From positions 5,670,001 through 5,702,000 of the forward strand of contig NC_003272.1 in the NCBI RefSeq assembly GCF_000009705.1: a stretch of DNA of 32,000 nucleotides, read 5' to 3'. The notes beneath the pieces are model-generated. The model saw nothing but the letters and a program-made list of their open reading frames with translations, searched no databases and was not told where the DNA came from. This DNA is from Nostoc sp. PCC 7120 = FACHB-418 (GTDB lineage: Bacteria > Cyanobacteriota > Cyanobacteriia > Cyanobacteriales > Nostocaceae). A program made the translations under genes and the position numbers. Shown piece by piece: positions 15,100-25,241 of this stretch. The number at the start of each line of letters is the position of its first letter. Position 1 is the first letter of the stretch.

Positions 15100-17439
15100 A
15101 TGCCCCAATATTTCGGACAACTGCATACTACTGAGCCATCTTGGACTACTCTGGGAAATGTGCAAGCAATAGAACAAAGCGATCGTCATTTGCTTTTCAA
15201 TTGTGGCGATGCCTTGGTAAAAATTAGTGTGATTGCACCAAACCTAATTCGGGTCAGAGTTACACCGATGGGTGAGTTTCAAAAACGTCGATCATGGGCA
15301 GTTACACAGGAAGATGAACAATGGCCGGCGGTGGAATTTGAGGTAAAAGAACAAGCAGATATTATCGAAATTACAACACAGTCGCTAAGGTTGCTAGTAC
15401 ATAAAAATCCTTGCCGGATTGAGTGTTTTGACTTAACAGGAAACTCCTTTGCTGAGGATATTGACCCAGGTGTTGGCTGGCGGACTGGTGCGATCGCTGG
15501 ATGGAAGAAAATCGCAGCCGATGAACATTTTTATGGTTTTGGAGAACGTACAGGCTTACTTGACCAAATAGCCACAATCAGAACCAACTGGGCTTGCGAT
15601 GCCCTTGATTACGATGTTCTCACAGACAATATGTATCAGGCGATTCCCTTCTTTATGGCGTTGCGTCCAGGGTTGGGTTACGGTATTTTCTTTAACACTA
15701 CTTTTTGGAGTCAGTTTGATCTCGGTGTTCAGGAACCCGGTGTTTGGCGGATGGAAACCCAAGAAGGCGAACTAGACTATTACATTATTTACGGCCCCGA
15801 ACCAGCAAAAATCCTGGCTACTTATACCCAGTTAACCGGACGAATGTCATTACCACCAAAATGGTCACTGGGTTATCATCAGTGTCGCTGGAGTTATGAA
15901 TCACAGGATATAGTCCGTCAACTAGCTAAGGAATTTCGTCAGCGTCAAATTCCTTGTGATGTCATCCATCTCGATATTGATTATATGGACGGGTATCGGG
16001 TGTTTACCTGGAATCCTAAGCGGTTTAGTGAGCCGAAAGCTTTGATAGATGACCTCAAGCAAGATGGTTTTCAGGCGGTGACGATTGTTGACCCTGGGGT
16101 GAAGTACGAGCCGGAAGCCGATTACCCAGTCTTTGATGAGGGATTGCAGAAGGATTATTTTGTCAGAAAAACCAATGGTCAATTATTTCATGGGTATGTG
16201 TGGCCTGATAAAGCTGTGTTTCCTGATTTTGTGCGCCCAGAAGTTAGAGATTGGTGGGGAAGTTGGCACAAAAATCTGATAAGTATGGGTGTGGCTGGTA
16301 TCTGGAATGACATGAACGAACCAGCATTAGATGACCGTCCTTTTGGCGACCCTGGTAATAAAATTTCTTTCCCTCTTGATGCTCCTCAAGGATCAGCAGA
16401 TGAGATGAGTAACCATGCAGCAACCCATAATTTGTATGGTTTGATGATGGCGCAAGCATCTTCCCAAGCAATGCAAAAGTTACGTCCGGTGGAACGCTCA
16501 TTTATTTTGACACGCTCTGGTTATGCAGGGATTCAGCGTTGGTCAGCAGTTTGGACGGGAGATAATCAATCTCTCTGGGAACACCTGGAAATGTCTTTAG
16601 CAATGTTATGTAACTTAGGCTTATCGGGTGTAGCTTTTGTAGGGGCTGATATTGGTGGTTTTGCGGGGAATGCTACCTCAGAACTATTTGCCCGTTGGAT
16701 GCAGGTGGGAATGCTGTATCCCTTAATGCGGGGACACTCAGCACTAAGTACCGCCAGACACGAACCCTGGGTATTTGGCGATCGCACTGAGAAAATTTGC
16801 CGCGAATATATTCAATTGCGTTACCAACTGCTACCTTACATCTACACGCTGTTTTGGGAAGCTGCAACCACTGGTGCGCCGATTCTCCGCCCTTTACTTT
16901 ATCACTTCCCCAGCGATCGCCAAACCTTCAGTATGGCTGATCAGGTGATGCTTGGTGCTTCTTTACTTGCAGCCCCCGTCTACCGCCCTGGTGTGGAATA
17001 TCGGGCAGTCTACTTACCTGAAGGTTGCTGGTATGATTGGTGGACTGGTGAAGCTTTTACAGGCCCAACAAACATCTTAGCCCATGCACCCCTAGAAAGA
17101 ATGCCCCTATATGTCCGTGCTGGTGCAATTATACCGATGGCTCCAGTCATGCAATATGTAGATGAGCATCCCCTAACTCAGCTAACCATTCGGGTGTGGA
17201 TAGGTGCGGGTGAGTTTACGCTGTATGAAGATGATGGTCGGAGTTTCGAGTATAAAACAGGTAATTTCTGCACAACACATTACCGTGTTTACATTAAGGG
17301 TGAACAAACCATAGTAGAAATAGGCGCGCGGGATGGCGAGTTTTCCCCCACAGAACGGGAAATGATTGTGGAATTAGTTGGTGTTGGTGAACAGCGTTTT
17401 GTTGATGATGGGTCAGCCAAAGAGTTAGTTTTTGGCTAA
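15100..17439 (+). CDS. Glycoside hydrolase family 31 alpha-glucosidase
   Basis: 779-aa ORF with the GH31 nucleophile motif GIWNDMNEP, the downstream WTGDN motif and the overall GH31 length and layout. Confidence 0.9.
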   Translation: MPQYFGQLHTTEPSWTTLGNVQAIEQSDRHLLFNCGDALVKISVIAPNLIRVRVTPMGEFQKRRSWAVTQEDEQWPAVEFEVKEQADIIEITTQSLRLLVHKNPCRIECFDLTGNSFAEDIDPGVGWRTGAIAGWKKIAADEHFYGFGERTGLLDQIATIRTNWACDALDYDVLTDNMYQAIPFFMALRPGLGYGIFFNTTFWSQFDLGVQEPGVWRMETQEGELDYYIIYGPEPAKILATYTQLTGRMSLPPKWSLGYHQCRWSYESQDIVRQLAKEFRQRQIPCDVIHLDIDYMDGYRVFTWNPKRFSEPKALIDDLKQDGFQAVTIVDPGVKYEPEADYPVFDEGLQKDYFVRKTNGQLFHGYVWPDKAVFPDFVRPEVRDWWGSWHKNLISMGVAGIWNDMNEPALDDRPFGDPGNKISFPLDAPQGSADEMSNHAATHNLYGLMMAQASSQAMQKLRPVERSFILTRSGYAGIQRWSAVWTGDNQSLWEHLEMSLAMLCNLGLSGVAFVGADIGGFAGNATSELFARWMQVGMLYPLMRGHSALSTARHEPWVFGDRTEKICREYIQLRYQLLPYIYTLFWEAATTGAPILRPLLYHFPSDRQTFSMADQVMLGASLLAAPVYRPGVEYRAVYLPEGCWYDWWTGEAFTGPTNILAHAPLERMPLYVRAGAIIPMAPVMQYVDEHPLTQLTIRVWIGAGEFTLYEDDGRSFEYKTGNFCTTHYRVYIKGEQTIVEIGARDGEFSPTEREMIVELVGVGEQRFVDDGSAKELVFG

Positions 17440-18359
17440 AGGTGGGAAAATCTCCCACACAGACCTAGAGAACGGGATAAAACCTCAACAAAGGCGATCG
17501 CTCCCACAGGATTACCAATCCTATCTAAAGCTGGGCTATAACAGGCGATCGCTCCTGCTGTTGGGACTATAGCGAGTAAACCCCCACCAATCCCAGATTT
17601 CATCGGTAAACCAATTGTGACAGCATACTCAGCAGAAGCTTCATATAAACCACAGGTCAACATGACCGAGTTAACAAGCTGTTGATGCTGCGGTGATATT
17701 GAGCTACTTTCTAAAGCCAAGAGTTTCCCCAGTAAAGCTAAATCTTCAACCGTCCCAGAAAGACAGCATATCTGCTCGTAAGTATCAAGTGCTACATCGA
17801 GATCTTCTAAATAACCTTTTTCTGCAAGATAATTAGCGATCGCCTGATTAGCAGGAGAGCGAGATAATCTGACAGAAGCCAGCATAGATTCATCTAACTG
17901 AATCTGACTACCAGCCAATTGGTTGAGCCATTTGCAGAAAAAGCGAGTGCGATGATCAGCATCCTCTCCTGGTAATTTATCAGCGAGAGTAATAGCCCCA
18001 CTATTAATCATCGGGTTCCGTGGATATCCACCATCAGCAACTAGTTGTTCTAAGGAATTAAAAGGTGCATCTGATGGTTTCGTACCAACCCAACTTAAAA
18101 CCTTTTCCACTCCCATGTGTTCCAATAGATACAGGAAAGTAAAAGGCTTAATCACACTCATTAGAGGAAATACACATTGTGTATCTCCTTCACTGTAGAA
18201 TTTACCTGATTGACAACAAATGTGGACGGCAAACCAAGCGGTGTCAGCCACAGCTAATTTTGGGATGCGCTCAACCACTCGTCCACAATTTGTCTTAGTC
18301 TTTGCTAATGTTACCCAATTAGACAAATCCACGGTGTCTAGTCTATCAAATCCCTTCAC
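17436..18359 (-). CDS. glsA: Glutaminase A
   Basis: 307-aa ORF with the serine-lysine catalytic motif SVIKPF, plus YPRNPMINSGAI and LPMKSGIGGGLLAIVP, characteristic of the beta-lactamase-fold glutaminases. Confidence 0.9.
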   Translation of the reverse strand: MKGFDRLDTVDLSNWVTLAKTKTNCGRVVERIPKLAVADTAWFAVHICCQSGKFYSEGDTQCVFPLMSVIKPFTFLYLLEHMGVEKVLSWVGTKPSDAPFNSLEQLVADGGYPRNPMINSGAITLADKLPGEDADHRTRFFCKWLNQLAGSQIQLDESMLASVRLSRSPANQAIANYLAEKGYLEDLDVALDTYEQICCLSGTVEDLALLGKLLALESSSISPQHQQLVNSVMLTCGLYEASAEYAVTIGLPMKSGIGGGLLAIVPTAGAIACYSPALDRIGNPVGAIAFVEVLSRSLGLCGRFSHL

Positions 18360-18572
18360 AATAGATACAGCCCCAAAGATTTATCGTAGTCATCCTATTT
18401 TTCCCTTAAACCTTCTTTCCTCTCCTCTGTATCTCTTAAAAACAAAATATTTTTTATTAAGGAATGAAACGCAATGTTAAATAATAATGCAAAATAGGGA
18501 TTCTCCTTGAATTTAGTTGAGAAATATCCTGATTATATTGTCAATCATTAATAAATTTCAGGAGCTAATCAG

Positions 18573-18833
18573 GTGTTAACTTCAACCTTACTCGCTGCTG
18601 CAACCACCCCCCTGGAATGGAGTCCTACAGTTGGGATTATTATGGTTATTGCCAATGTGATTGCCATTACTTTCGGTAGGCAGACCATCAAGTATCCTAG
18701 TGCAGAACCAGCTTTACCTTCAGCCAAATTCTTTGGTGGTTTTGGTGCGCCTGCGTTACTTGCAACAACTGCTTTCGGTCATATTCTGGGAGTAGGTCTT
18801 GTTTTAGGATTGCATAATCTAGGCAGAATCTAA
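18573..18833 (+). CDS. psaK: Photosystem I subunit PsaK
   Basis: 86-aa ORF with two TM helices and the conserved loop FGGFGAPALLATTAFGHILGVG. The start is GTG at 18573, preceded by GGAG at 18561..18564. Confidence 0.9.
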   Translation: MLTSTLLAAATTPLEWSPTVGIIMVIANVIAITFGRQTIKYPSAEPALPSAKFFGGFGAPALLATTAFGHILGVGLVLGLHNLGRI

Positions 18834-18982
18834 TGAGAAACAGCAAAAAGTCAACACAGACAATTACTCATCGTCTGGGCTATTTGCTATTTCCCGACAG
18901 TGGTATTTGTACCTCATACCATGCTGTTATAGGTTATTACCGAAGTTAATTTTCAGTAGATTTTTGTTGTGTCTGTAATCAG

Positions 18983-19008
18983 CCAGAGAGTAAATTCTCT
19001 GGTTTTTT
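18983..19008 (+). terminator. Rho-independent terminator of psaK
   Basis: Stem CCAGAGA (18983..18989) / TCTCTGG (18996..19002), a 6-nt loop, then TTTTTT (19003..19008). Confidence 0.7.
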
Positions 19009-19076
19009 CTTACGAACGTAGGCCGCAAATAAGCTATGAAGGTACGGGGAATTATTGGTAATAGTAGTAATAGTAG

Positions 19077-19124
19077 GGTGGGCATCGCCCACCAAAACCA
19101 TGATACTGTGGGCTATGCCCTACG
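19077..19124. repeat. Small GC-rich palindromic dispersed repeats (GGGC-N3-GCCC core)
   Basis: GGTGGGCATCGCCCACC lies at 19077..19093 and GTGGGCTATGCCCTAC at 19109..19124. A near-identical GGTGGGCATTGCCCACC recurs at 28106..28122. The tract is preceded by a tandem taatagtag taatagtag. Confidence 0.6.
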
Positions 19125-19160
19125 TATATTTCAAGAACGAATCATGAATCCTATATTGAA

Positions 19161-19230
19161 AGAATAGTAATAGGTAATAAGTAAAAATATCTTACCAATT
19201 ACCAATCACTGATTCCTATTGACTATTAAC
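19161..19230. repeat. Heptamer-periodic (STRR-like) tract at the 3' end of ftsH
   Basis: It reads in 7-nt register as agaatag taatagg taataag taaaaat atcttac caattac caatcac tgattcc tattgac tattaac. The last units run into the ftsH stop and C-terminal codons. Confidence 0.55.
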
Positions 19231-21186
19231 CATCGACAATTGCTCATCAACTACTGGATTTTGACTTTCGCTAACAATTTTACGGAACAAATCACCTTCA
19301 ATAGTTTCTTGTTCTGTCAACAAATCTACTAGCCGTTCCATAACCACGCGATTAGTTTGCAAAAGTTCTTTTGATGTTTGGTAGCAAGTGTTGATAATTT
19401 CTCGGACTTGAGAATCTATCTTGGCGGCGATTTCTTCAGAATAGTCGGATTTATTCATCCAGTCGCGTCCTAAAAATACCTCGCCGCTTTGATTTTCCAG
19501 AGACAAGGGGCCTAATTCAGACATACCAAACTTTGTCACCATTTGCCGTGCCATTGATGTGACTTTTTGCAGGTCATCCCCTGCACCTGTGGTCACTTCC
19601 GGCTTACCAAAGACAATCTCCTCAGCAGCACGACCAGCCAAAGTAGAAGTAATTCTGGCTTTGAGTTGGGAACGGGAGATTAACCCTTGTTCTTCGTTGG
19701 GAGTAAACCAAGTTAAACCCTGTGCTTGTCCTCTGGGAATGAGGGTAACTTTCTGCACTGGGTCATGGTCTTTTAATAGCGTCCCGACTAAACCATGTCC
19801 GACTTCATGGTAAGCAATTAAGCGTTTGCTTTTGCTGTCTACTAGGGGTGTCCCTTCCATACCAGCGACGACTCTATCAACAGCATCATCAATTTCTAGA
19901 ATCGTAATTGCTTCTTTGCGCCTACGTGCTGTGAGGATAGCGGCTTCGTTGAGTAAGTTAGCTAAATCTGCACCAGTGAATCCGGGTGTGCGGCGAGCGA
20001 TCGCCTCCAGTGATACACTAGGGTCAACTTTCTTATTGCGCGAATGGACTTGCAAAATCTCTAAGCGTCCTTTCAAGTCTGGTGCATCAACAATTACTTG
20101 TCTGTCAAAACGACCAGGACGTAACAAGGCTGAATCTAATACATCAGGACGGTTAGTGGCAGCAATAATAATGATGCCTGTGTTACCTTCAAAACCATCC
20201 ATCTCCGTGAGTAACTGATTGAGGGTCTGTTCTCTTTCGTCGTTACCGCCACCAATACCCGTACCTCGTTGTCTGCCAACTGCATCTATTTCATCGATAA
20301 ATATCAGACAAGGTGCATTGTCTTTAGCTTTCTTAAACAAATCACGGACACGGGAAGCACCTACACCCACAAACATTTCCACAAATTCCGAACCAGAGAT
20401 ACTGAAAAATGGCACAGCCGCTTCCCCAGCGATCGCTTTTGCTAGTAAAGTTTTACCAGTACCTGGAGGCCCCACCAACAGCACACCTTTAGGTATGCGC
20501 GCACCCACAGCCGTAAATCTTTCTGGCTGCTTGAGGAATGTCACAACTTCTTGTAATTCTTCCTTCGCTTCTTCAATACCCGCTACGTCGTCAAATTTTA
20601 CCCCAGTCTTGGCTTCCATTTGGAAACGCGCTCTAGATTTGCCAAAGTTCATGGCTTGGCTAGAAGCATTCGTAGAACGACGCAAGAATAGCAGCATTAA
20701 AGCCACCAATGGCAAAATCCACATCAGGTTAATTAATAACCCTACAGCCGCTCTACTATTGGCAGAAGAAATCTCGCCAAAATCAACATTTTTTTCTTTG
20801 AGTCTATTAATTAACTCGTTGTTCTGCTCCAACAACCTCACCTGTATTGGTGGTGCGTCTGGTTTTTGACCTTTTAAATAAACTTTGGCTATCTGTTCAG
20901 TTTCGTCCAGTTCTACTCTTTTGACTTGCTCTTGATTAACTTTTTGAATCAACTCTCCGTATGACAGAGACTCACGCTCTGCTTTCTGCGCTAAGACAGG
21001 ATTACCGCCAAACATCGTTGGTAACATAATCAAGCTGGCCGCCAAAGCACCAGTCCAAGCAACGCGCTTTGGTGATTGCTGTTTTATCAATGCCTTTTTC
21101 CCAAAATTTTTCATAACAATTACCCTTTGTCTGCTGCCATAGGCTGAGTGCTGATTTAAGCCTATTCTTCTAGCAAAAATTGCCAT
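19216..21186 (-). CDS. ftsH: ATP-dependent zinc metalloprotease FtsH
   Basis: It has Walker [19 protein letters not shown], Walker [10 protein letters not shown], the SRH region, the zinc motif HEVGH and an N-terminal TM pair. The true start may be the internal ATG at 21114 (MKNFGKK...) rather than 21186. Confidence 0.95.
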   Translation of the reverse strand: MAIFARRIGLNQHSAYGSRQRVIVMKNFGKKALIKQQSPKRVAWTGALAASLIMLPTMFGGNPVLAQKAERESLSYGELIQKVNQEQVKRVELDETEQIAKVYLKGQKPDAPPIQVRLLEQNNELINRLKEKNVDFGEISSANSRAAVGLLINLMWILPLVALMLLFLRRSTNASSQAMNFGKSRARFQMEAKTGVKFDDVAGIEEAKEELQEVVTFLKQPERFTAVGARIPKGVLLVGPPGTGKTLLAKAIAGEAAVPFFSISGSEFVEMFVGVGASRVRDLFKKAKDNAPCLIFIDEIDAVGRQRGTGIGGGNDEREQTLNQLLTEMDGFEGNTGIIIIAATNRPDVLDSALLRPGRFDRQVIVDAPDLKGRLEILQVHSRNKKVDPSVSLEAIARRTPGFTGADLANLLNEAAILTARRRKEAITILEIDDAVDRVVAGMEGTPLVDSKSKRLIAYHEVGHGLVGTLLKDHDPVQKVTLIPRGQAQGLTWFTPNEEQGLISRSQLKARITSTLAGRAAEEIVFGKPEVTTGAGDDLQKVTSMARQMVTKFGMSELGPLSLENQSGEVFLGRDWMNKSDYSEEIAAKIDSQVREIINTCYQTSKELLQTNRVVMERLVDLLTEQETIEGDLFRKIVSESQNPVVDEQLSMVNSQ

Positions 21187-21243
21187 AACTGGACATCACT
21201 TTATCTAATCTAGTCTAACTCTCAGAAGAGGCAGGAGGGCAGA

Positions 21244-21285
21244 TAATAGGCAATAGGTAATCAGGAACAGGTAAAAAATATCAGG
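21244..21285. repeat. Heptamer-periodic (STRR-like) tract upstream of ftsH
   Basis: taatagg caatagg taatcag gaacagg taaaaaa tatcagg, read in 7-nt register. Confidence 0.55.
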
Positions 21286-21445
21286 ACTGTTGCGGATTTA
21301 TTTCCTGTTCTATTCTTGATATCCACCAAAAGCTCGATTTTCCGTGGTCTAGCGGTAATTTGACTACAGGAAAATAAATCGTTAAGATTATATACAAATT
21401 CGTAATGACTTCGCATTTTTACAAATTCTTAACTTTAGGTGCATT

Positions 21446-21991
21446 ATGGTAAAAATTGTAGGTATTGCTGGTAGTTTAAGACCGAACTCTTACACTCAGT
21501 TAGCTTTGCGGGTAGCAGCGCAACGCCTAGAAGCTTTAGGTGCGGAAGTAGAAATTATCGATTTGCGGGAGTGGCAATTACCATTTTGTAATGGTGGTAA
21601 AGACTACTCAGATTATCCAGATGTTCAGCGCTTGCGTGACACCGTTAGTAATACTGATGGACTGATTTTAGCTACACCTGAATATCATGGCGGCGTTAGT
21701 GGTGTAATCAAAAATGCCCTTGATTTGATGAGCTTTGATGAACTGTCTGGTAAAGTAACAGGACTGATTAGCGTTTTGGGTGGTCAATCAAATAGCAACG
21801 CCTTAAACGACCTCAGGCTGATTGTGCGTTGGGTACATGGTTGGGTAATTCCAGAGCAAATTGCCATTGGACAAGCCTACAGTGCTTTTAGCCCTGAAGG
21901 AAAGTTACTTGATGAAAAACTCTCCCAACGATTTGATCAATTTGCTCAAAGTTTAGTAGAAAATACTCGCAAGCTACGCGGAGTAAATTAG
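21446..21991 (+). CDS. NAD(P)H-dependent FMN reductase family oxidoreductase
   Basis: 181-aa ORF. The N-terminus MVKIVGIAGSLRPNSYT, the motif PEYHGGVSGVIKNALD and the flavodoxin-like size match the NADPH-dependent FMN reductase family. Confidence 0.8.
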   Translation: MVKIVGIAGSLRPNSYTQLALRVAAQRLEALGAEVEIIDLREWQLPFCNGGKDYSDYPDVQRLRDTVSNTDGLILATPEYHGGVSGVIKNALDLMSFDELSGKVTGLISVLGGQSNSNALNDLRLIVRWVHGWVIPEQIAIGQAYSAFSPEGKLLDEKLSQRFDQFAQSLVENTRKLRGVN

Positions 21992-22001
21992 AAGTAGGAG
22001 A

Positions 22002-22022
22002 CTAGGAAAAGATTTTTCCTAG
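22002..22022 (+). terminator. Hairpin downstream of the FMN reductase gene
   Basis: Perfect 9-bp stem CTAGGAAAA / TTTTCCTAG with a 3-nt loop, 11 nt after the stop codon. The downstream T-tract is short. Confidence 0.4.
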
Positions 22023-22181
22023 TTATGGCTTTTCTCATTGACCGACTTTTCAAACACCCTCTAAGCTTAAAACCTTGCAAACATTACGTAAGCTTGTGGA
22101 AGATGAAAAATGTAAGTATTTAGAGTGGACGTGAATAACAAATTATAGCGCCATTATCATGCCTTGGTGCCAACAGTAAAA

Positions 22182-22213
22182 GCTTATCCACATTTTATAA
22201 AATGTGGATAAGC
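22182..22213 (-). terminator. Perfect 32-bp palindrome 3' of the fused ABC ATPase gene
   Basis: gcttatccacatttta|taaaatgtggataagc is perfectly self-complementary. On the minus strand it begins 20 nt after the stop at 22233 and is followed by TTTTAC. Confidence 0.5.
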
Positions 22214-22232
22214 CAAAATTCAAAACACATAA

Positions 22233-24116
22233 TCAAGAAGTTTTCAGATGATGGCTGCGGACTCGTTCGGGGCTACCTGTGGGGATGGAGGCGATTAATT
22301 TTTGGGTGTAGGCTTCCTTCGGTTCACGGTAAATACTTTCGGCTGTACCTTGTTCAACTATTTGACCACGATTCATGACTAAAATGCGATCGCTCATAAA
22401 TTTAACCACGCTTAAGTCATGGGAAATAAATATATAAGTTAACTGAAATTCATCCTGTAATTCTTTTAACAGATTCAATACCTGGGCTTGTACTGACACA
22501 TCTAACGCCGAAACCGACTCATCACAAATGATAAACTTGGGATTCAATGCCAAGGAACGAGCAATACAAACCCGTTGACGCTGACCACCAGAAAATTGAT
22601 GTGGATAGCGATTCATTGCATCTGCACTCAAACCCACCCGTTCCAAAAGTTCCGCCACTCGTTCGCGCCGTTGTCGTACCGTCTTACCTACAGAGTGAAT
22701 TAATAACGGTTCCATGACTGCATCCCCAACCTTCATCCGGGGGTCAAGGGAACTAAAGGGATTTTGAAAGACTATTTGCATTTCCCGCCGCAGTTTTTGC
22801 AACGGTTCGCCTTTAAGATTAGTAATATCTTGCCCATCAAAGATAATTTGACCACTCATTGGCTCAATTAACCGTAGCAAAGTTCTACCCAGTGTAGTTT
22901 TACCGCAACCAGATTCCCCGACTAAACCTAAAGTTTCCCCTGGCTTAACATCAAAGGAAACATCGTTAACCGCCATTTGATAGCGTTTTGTTCCACCAAA
23001 CCAACCTTTTACAGGAAAACCAACTTTCAAGTTCTTGATTTGTAATAAAGGGTTCTTTTCTTCTAGTCCTTCTAATCTGGCGGAGATTTCCTCAGAAGTG
23101 ATTTCTGGTGGCTGTGACGGTTCTTTGGCTTGGATAATTAACTGACCACTGGATGTTTCTTCTACACTCATGTAGTCAGCAACAGTGAGTAATTTATGGG
23201 GACGGTGGTTGAGGGTGGGGCGACAAGCTACCAAGCCTTTAGTATATGGATGTTGGGGATTACTAAAAATTTGCTCGGCTGCACCATATTCGACAACCTT
23301 ACCTTTGTACATCACCGCTACTTGGTCAGCAATTTCTGAAATTAAACCCAAGTCGTGGGTGATGAAAATTAACGCCATTTCCCGCTTTTGCTGCAACTCT
23401 CGCAACAGTTCAATAATTGTCGCTTGTACCGTCACATCTAAGGCTGTCGTCGGTTCATCTGCAATCAATAGTAAGGGGTTACAGGAAATTGCCATTGCAA
23501 TCATCACCCGTTGCAACTGTCCCCCAGATAATTGGTGGGGGTAGCGTTCCAGCATCGTTTCCTTACGCTGCTTCACCAATTGCGCTAACTTGAACTCGTC
23601 TAGTGGAGCATTGGGGTTGGTTTGCGGCCAGGTTTCAATATATTGCTGTTTGATTTGCTCATCGCTAGGTAAAAGTTTAACCTCTTGCAGACCTGCGATC
23701 GCAATCTGTTTTGCTTCTGTTTGGCTAACATTTTGATGGCGGAAAATGGCTTCCGTTAGTTGAAACCCGATATTATAAACCGGGTTAAGAGAACTCATCG
23801 GTTCTTGAAAAATCATGGCGATGTCGCCACCCCGGTATAGTTGCATTTCCTCAGCAGATAAAGCCGATAAATTAATGGGGTTAGCGTTGGCTTGTGGACA
23901 AAACAGAATTTCTCCACCGCTAACTTTCCCCGGATGTTGCAACAAACCCATCACCGCCAATGATGTGACTGATTTACCACTCCCAGATTCACCCACTATT
24001 CCTAGAGTTTCACCCCGATGCAGCTGAAAGGAAACACCATCGACAGCTTTGACAGCATTGCCATCACCGGAAAATTCAACTTGTAGATTGCGAACCTCTA
24101 GGACAGTTTCTCTCAT
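22233..24116 (-). CDS. Fused two-domain ABC transporter ATP-binding protein (Opp/Dpp/Nik-type)
   Basis: 627-aa ORF with two complete nucleotide-binding domains. The first has GESGSGKS ... [14 protein letters not shown] ... [12 protein letters not shown]. The second has GESGCGKTT ... [14 protein letters not shown] ... [12 protein letters not shown]. Confidence 0.9.
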   Translation of the reverse strand: MRETVLEVRNLQVEFSGDGNAVKAVDGVSFQLHRGETLGIVGESGSGKSVTSLAVMGLLQHPGKVSGGEILFCPQANANPINLSALSAEEMQLYRGGDIAMIFQEPMSSLNPVYNIGFQLTEAIFRHQNVSQTEAKQIAIAGLQEVKLLPSDEQIKQQYIETWPQTNPNAPLDEFKLAQLVKQRKETMLERYPHQLSGGQLQRVMIAMAISCNPLLLIADEPTTALDVTVQATIIELLRELQQKREMALIFITHDLGLISEIADQVAVMYKGKVVEYGAAEQIFSNPQHPYTKGLVACRPTLNHRPHKLLTVADYMSVEETSSGQLIIQAKEPSQPPEITSEEISARLEGLEEKNPLLQIKNLKVGFPVKGWFGGTKRYQMAVNDVSFDVKPGETLGLVGESGCGKTTLGRTLLRLIEPMSGQIIFDGQDITNLKGEPLQKLRREMQIVFQNPFSSLDPRMKVGDAVMEPLLIHSVGKTVRQRRERVAELLERVGLSADAMNRYPHQFSGGQRQRVCIARSLALNPKFIICDESVSALDVSVQAQVLNLLKELQDEFQLTYIFISHDLSVVKFMSDRILVMNRGQIVEQGTAESIYREPKEAYTQKLIASIPTGSPERVRSHHLKTS

Positions 24117-24330
24117 AGGAGCCTATTAATAATATGAGTAAAAATTATTTGGATTTTAGCAGTAGTTTGGAAAATTCGGGACTGGGATGGGGAAGATGTA
24201 ACTTTAGCTTCCTCCCAAGGTGAGAAATTTTGGAGAAAGAATTAGGACTTACACATGAAAACGAAAGATCAAGGATGTAGGGGTATAGGGGTATAAATCT
24301 TTGAAACCCTCACACCCTTACACCCATTAC

Positions 24331-24879
24331 CTAAAATGGAATATCGTCTGGGTCTGGTACTTCTACAGGTGAGTAGGTAGTTTGAGGCGCAGGTTCATAG
24401 TTGTTTACCTGGGGTGGAACACTCACTTTACTGGGTGCTGGAGTTGGTGCTGGACGTGGTGATTCGTAGCTAGGAAGATCATGTTGAGTCGTAACAGCCG
24501 GGGAGGGTGGACGAGAGGGGGTTTCGGTAACGGCTGGTGTTCTGGATACTGCTGGTGATGAGGTGAAGTTACCACTACCACTAATTGATTGAATCTGCTG
24601 TACTGTTAATTCAGCCCGTTTTTCTTTAAATCCTTCTGGACGGTCGATGGTATTCATCCCTAAACGTCCAGCAATGATGACGCGATCGCCTTGATGATAG
24701 TTTTGCTGGATTTCTGTAGCTAAATTCCCCCAGCCAACAACTTTTAAAGTCGCTGGTGGATCATCTGGTTTTTGGGAATTGGGAAATTGCACCAACATTT
24801 CTGTGACTGCTAAATTATCAGATGTATAGCGCAGTTGTGGCTCTTGAATGATTTCTGCTAATAAAACACAGCTGTTCAT
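24331..24879 (-). CDS. ssb: Single-stranded DNA-binding protein
   Basis: It has an OB-fold N-terminal domain (MNSCVLLAEIIQEPQLRYTSDN...GDRVIIAGRL), a Pro/Ser/Thr-rich linker and the canonical acidic tail DPDDIPF. The ATG at 24879 is preceded by AGGAGG. The 67 codons upstream in the ORF-track model (to 25080) have no SSB similarity. Confidence 0.9.
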   Translation of the reverse strand: MNSCVLLAEIIQEPQLRYTSDNLAVTEMLVQFPNSQKPDDPPATLKVVGWGNLATEIQQNYHQGDRVIIAGRLGMNTIDRPEGFKEKRAELTVQQIQSISGSGNFTSSPAVSRTPAVTETPSRPPSPAVTTQHDLPSYESPRPAPTPAPSKVSVPPQVNNYEPAPQTTYSPVEVPDPDDIPF

Positions 24880-25241
24880 TAAATCCTCCTGACTGTATGG
24901 AAAATAGGGATTAGGGAAGAAAGATTTCTGTTTTTGATTGTGAGATTTTCCCTTACTTAACTTTCTTCCAACCATTGAAAAATTAGAGATTTTTGGATGT
25001 AATGCCAAGCAATACTTAATATTTAATAGTTGGCTTTTTCTAGAATTTCTAGAATTAGTAATCTCTAATAAAAAAAACACTCTAACTAAGAGTCTGTTTT
25101 AGCATAAAAGCCAAGCGACAGTTTTGAACAGCATTTTTTAGATGCTGTTTGCCACTCCCGCCTGACTAAAAGAGCATTGATTTCTGCATGAGTAGTATAA
25201 TTGTACCACTTTATTGACAGAGAAAATACTTGATACTGAAT

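Noticed and set aside
18833-18949. 38-codon ORF (MRNSKKSTQTITHRLGYLLFPDSGICTSYHAVIGYYRS). Its ATG overlaps the psaK stop (TAATG), and it ends before the psaK terminator.
   Set aside because: The overlap and its position upstream of the terminator are suggestive. However, the peptide has no TM segment or recognisable motif, and I cannot assess conservation. This is not enough to call a gene, though it is worth a glance in ribosome-profiling data.
19559-20869. Plus-strand ORFs 19559..19813, 19826..20218 and 20219..20869 (up to 216 aa).
   Set aside because: They are entirely antisense to the well-supported ftsH gene. They are Ser/Pro/Ala-rich with no motifs and no start context, so they are typical shadow ORFs of a GC-balanced gene.
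23185-24027. Plus-strand ORFs 23185..23544 and 23815..24027.
   Set aside because: They are antisense shadows inside the fused ABC ATPase gene and have no independent evidence.
24880-25080. A 67-codon N-terminal extension of ssb in the ORF-track model.
   Set aside because: The extension (MFFLLEITNSRNSRKS...) has no SSB similarity. The internal ATG at 24879 has a strong AGGAGG upstream and gives a canonical OB-fold N-terminus.
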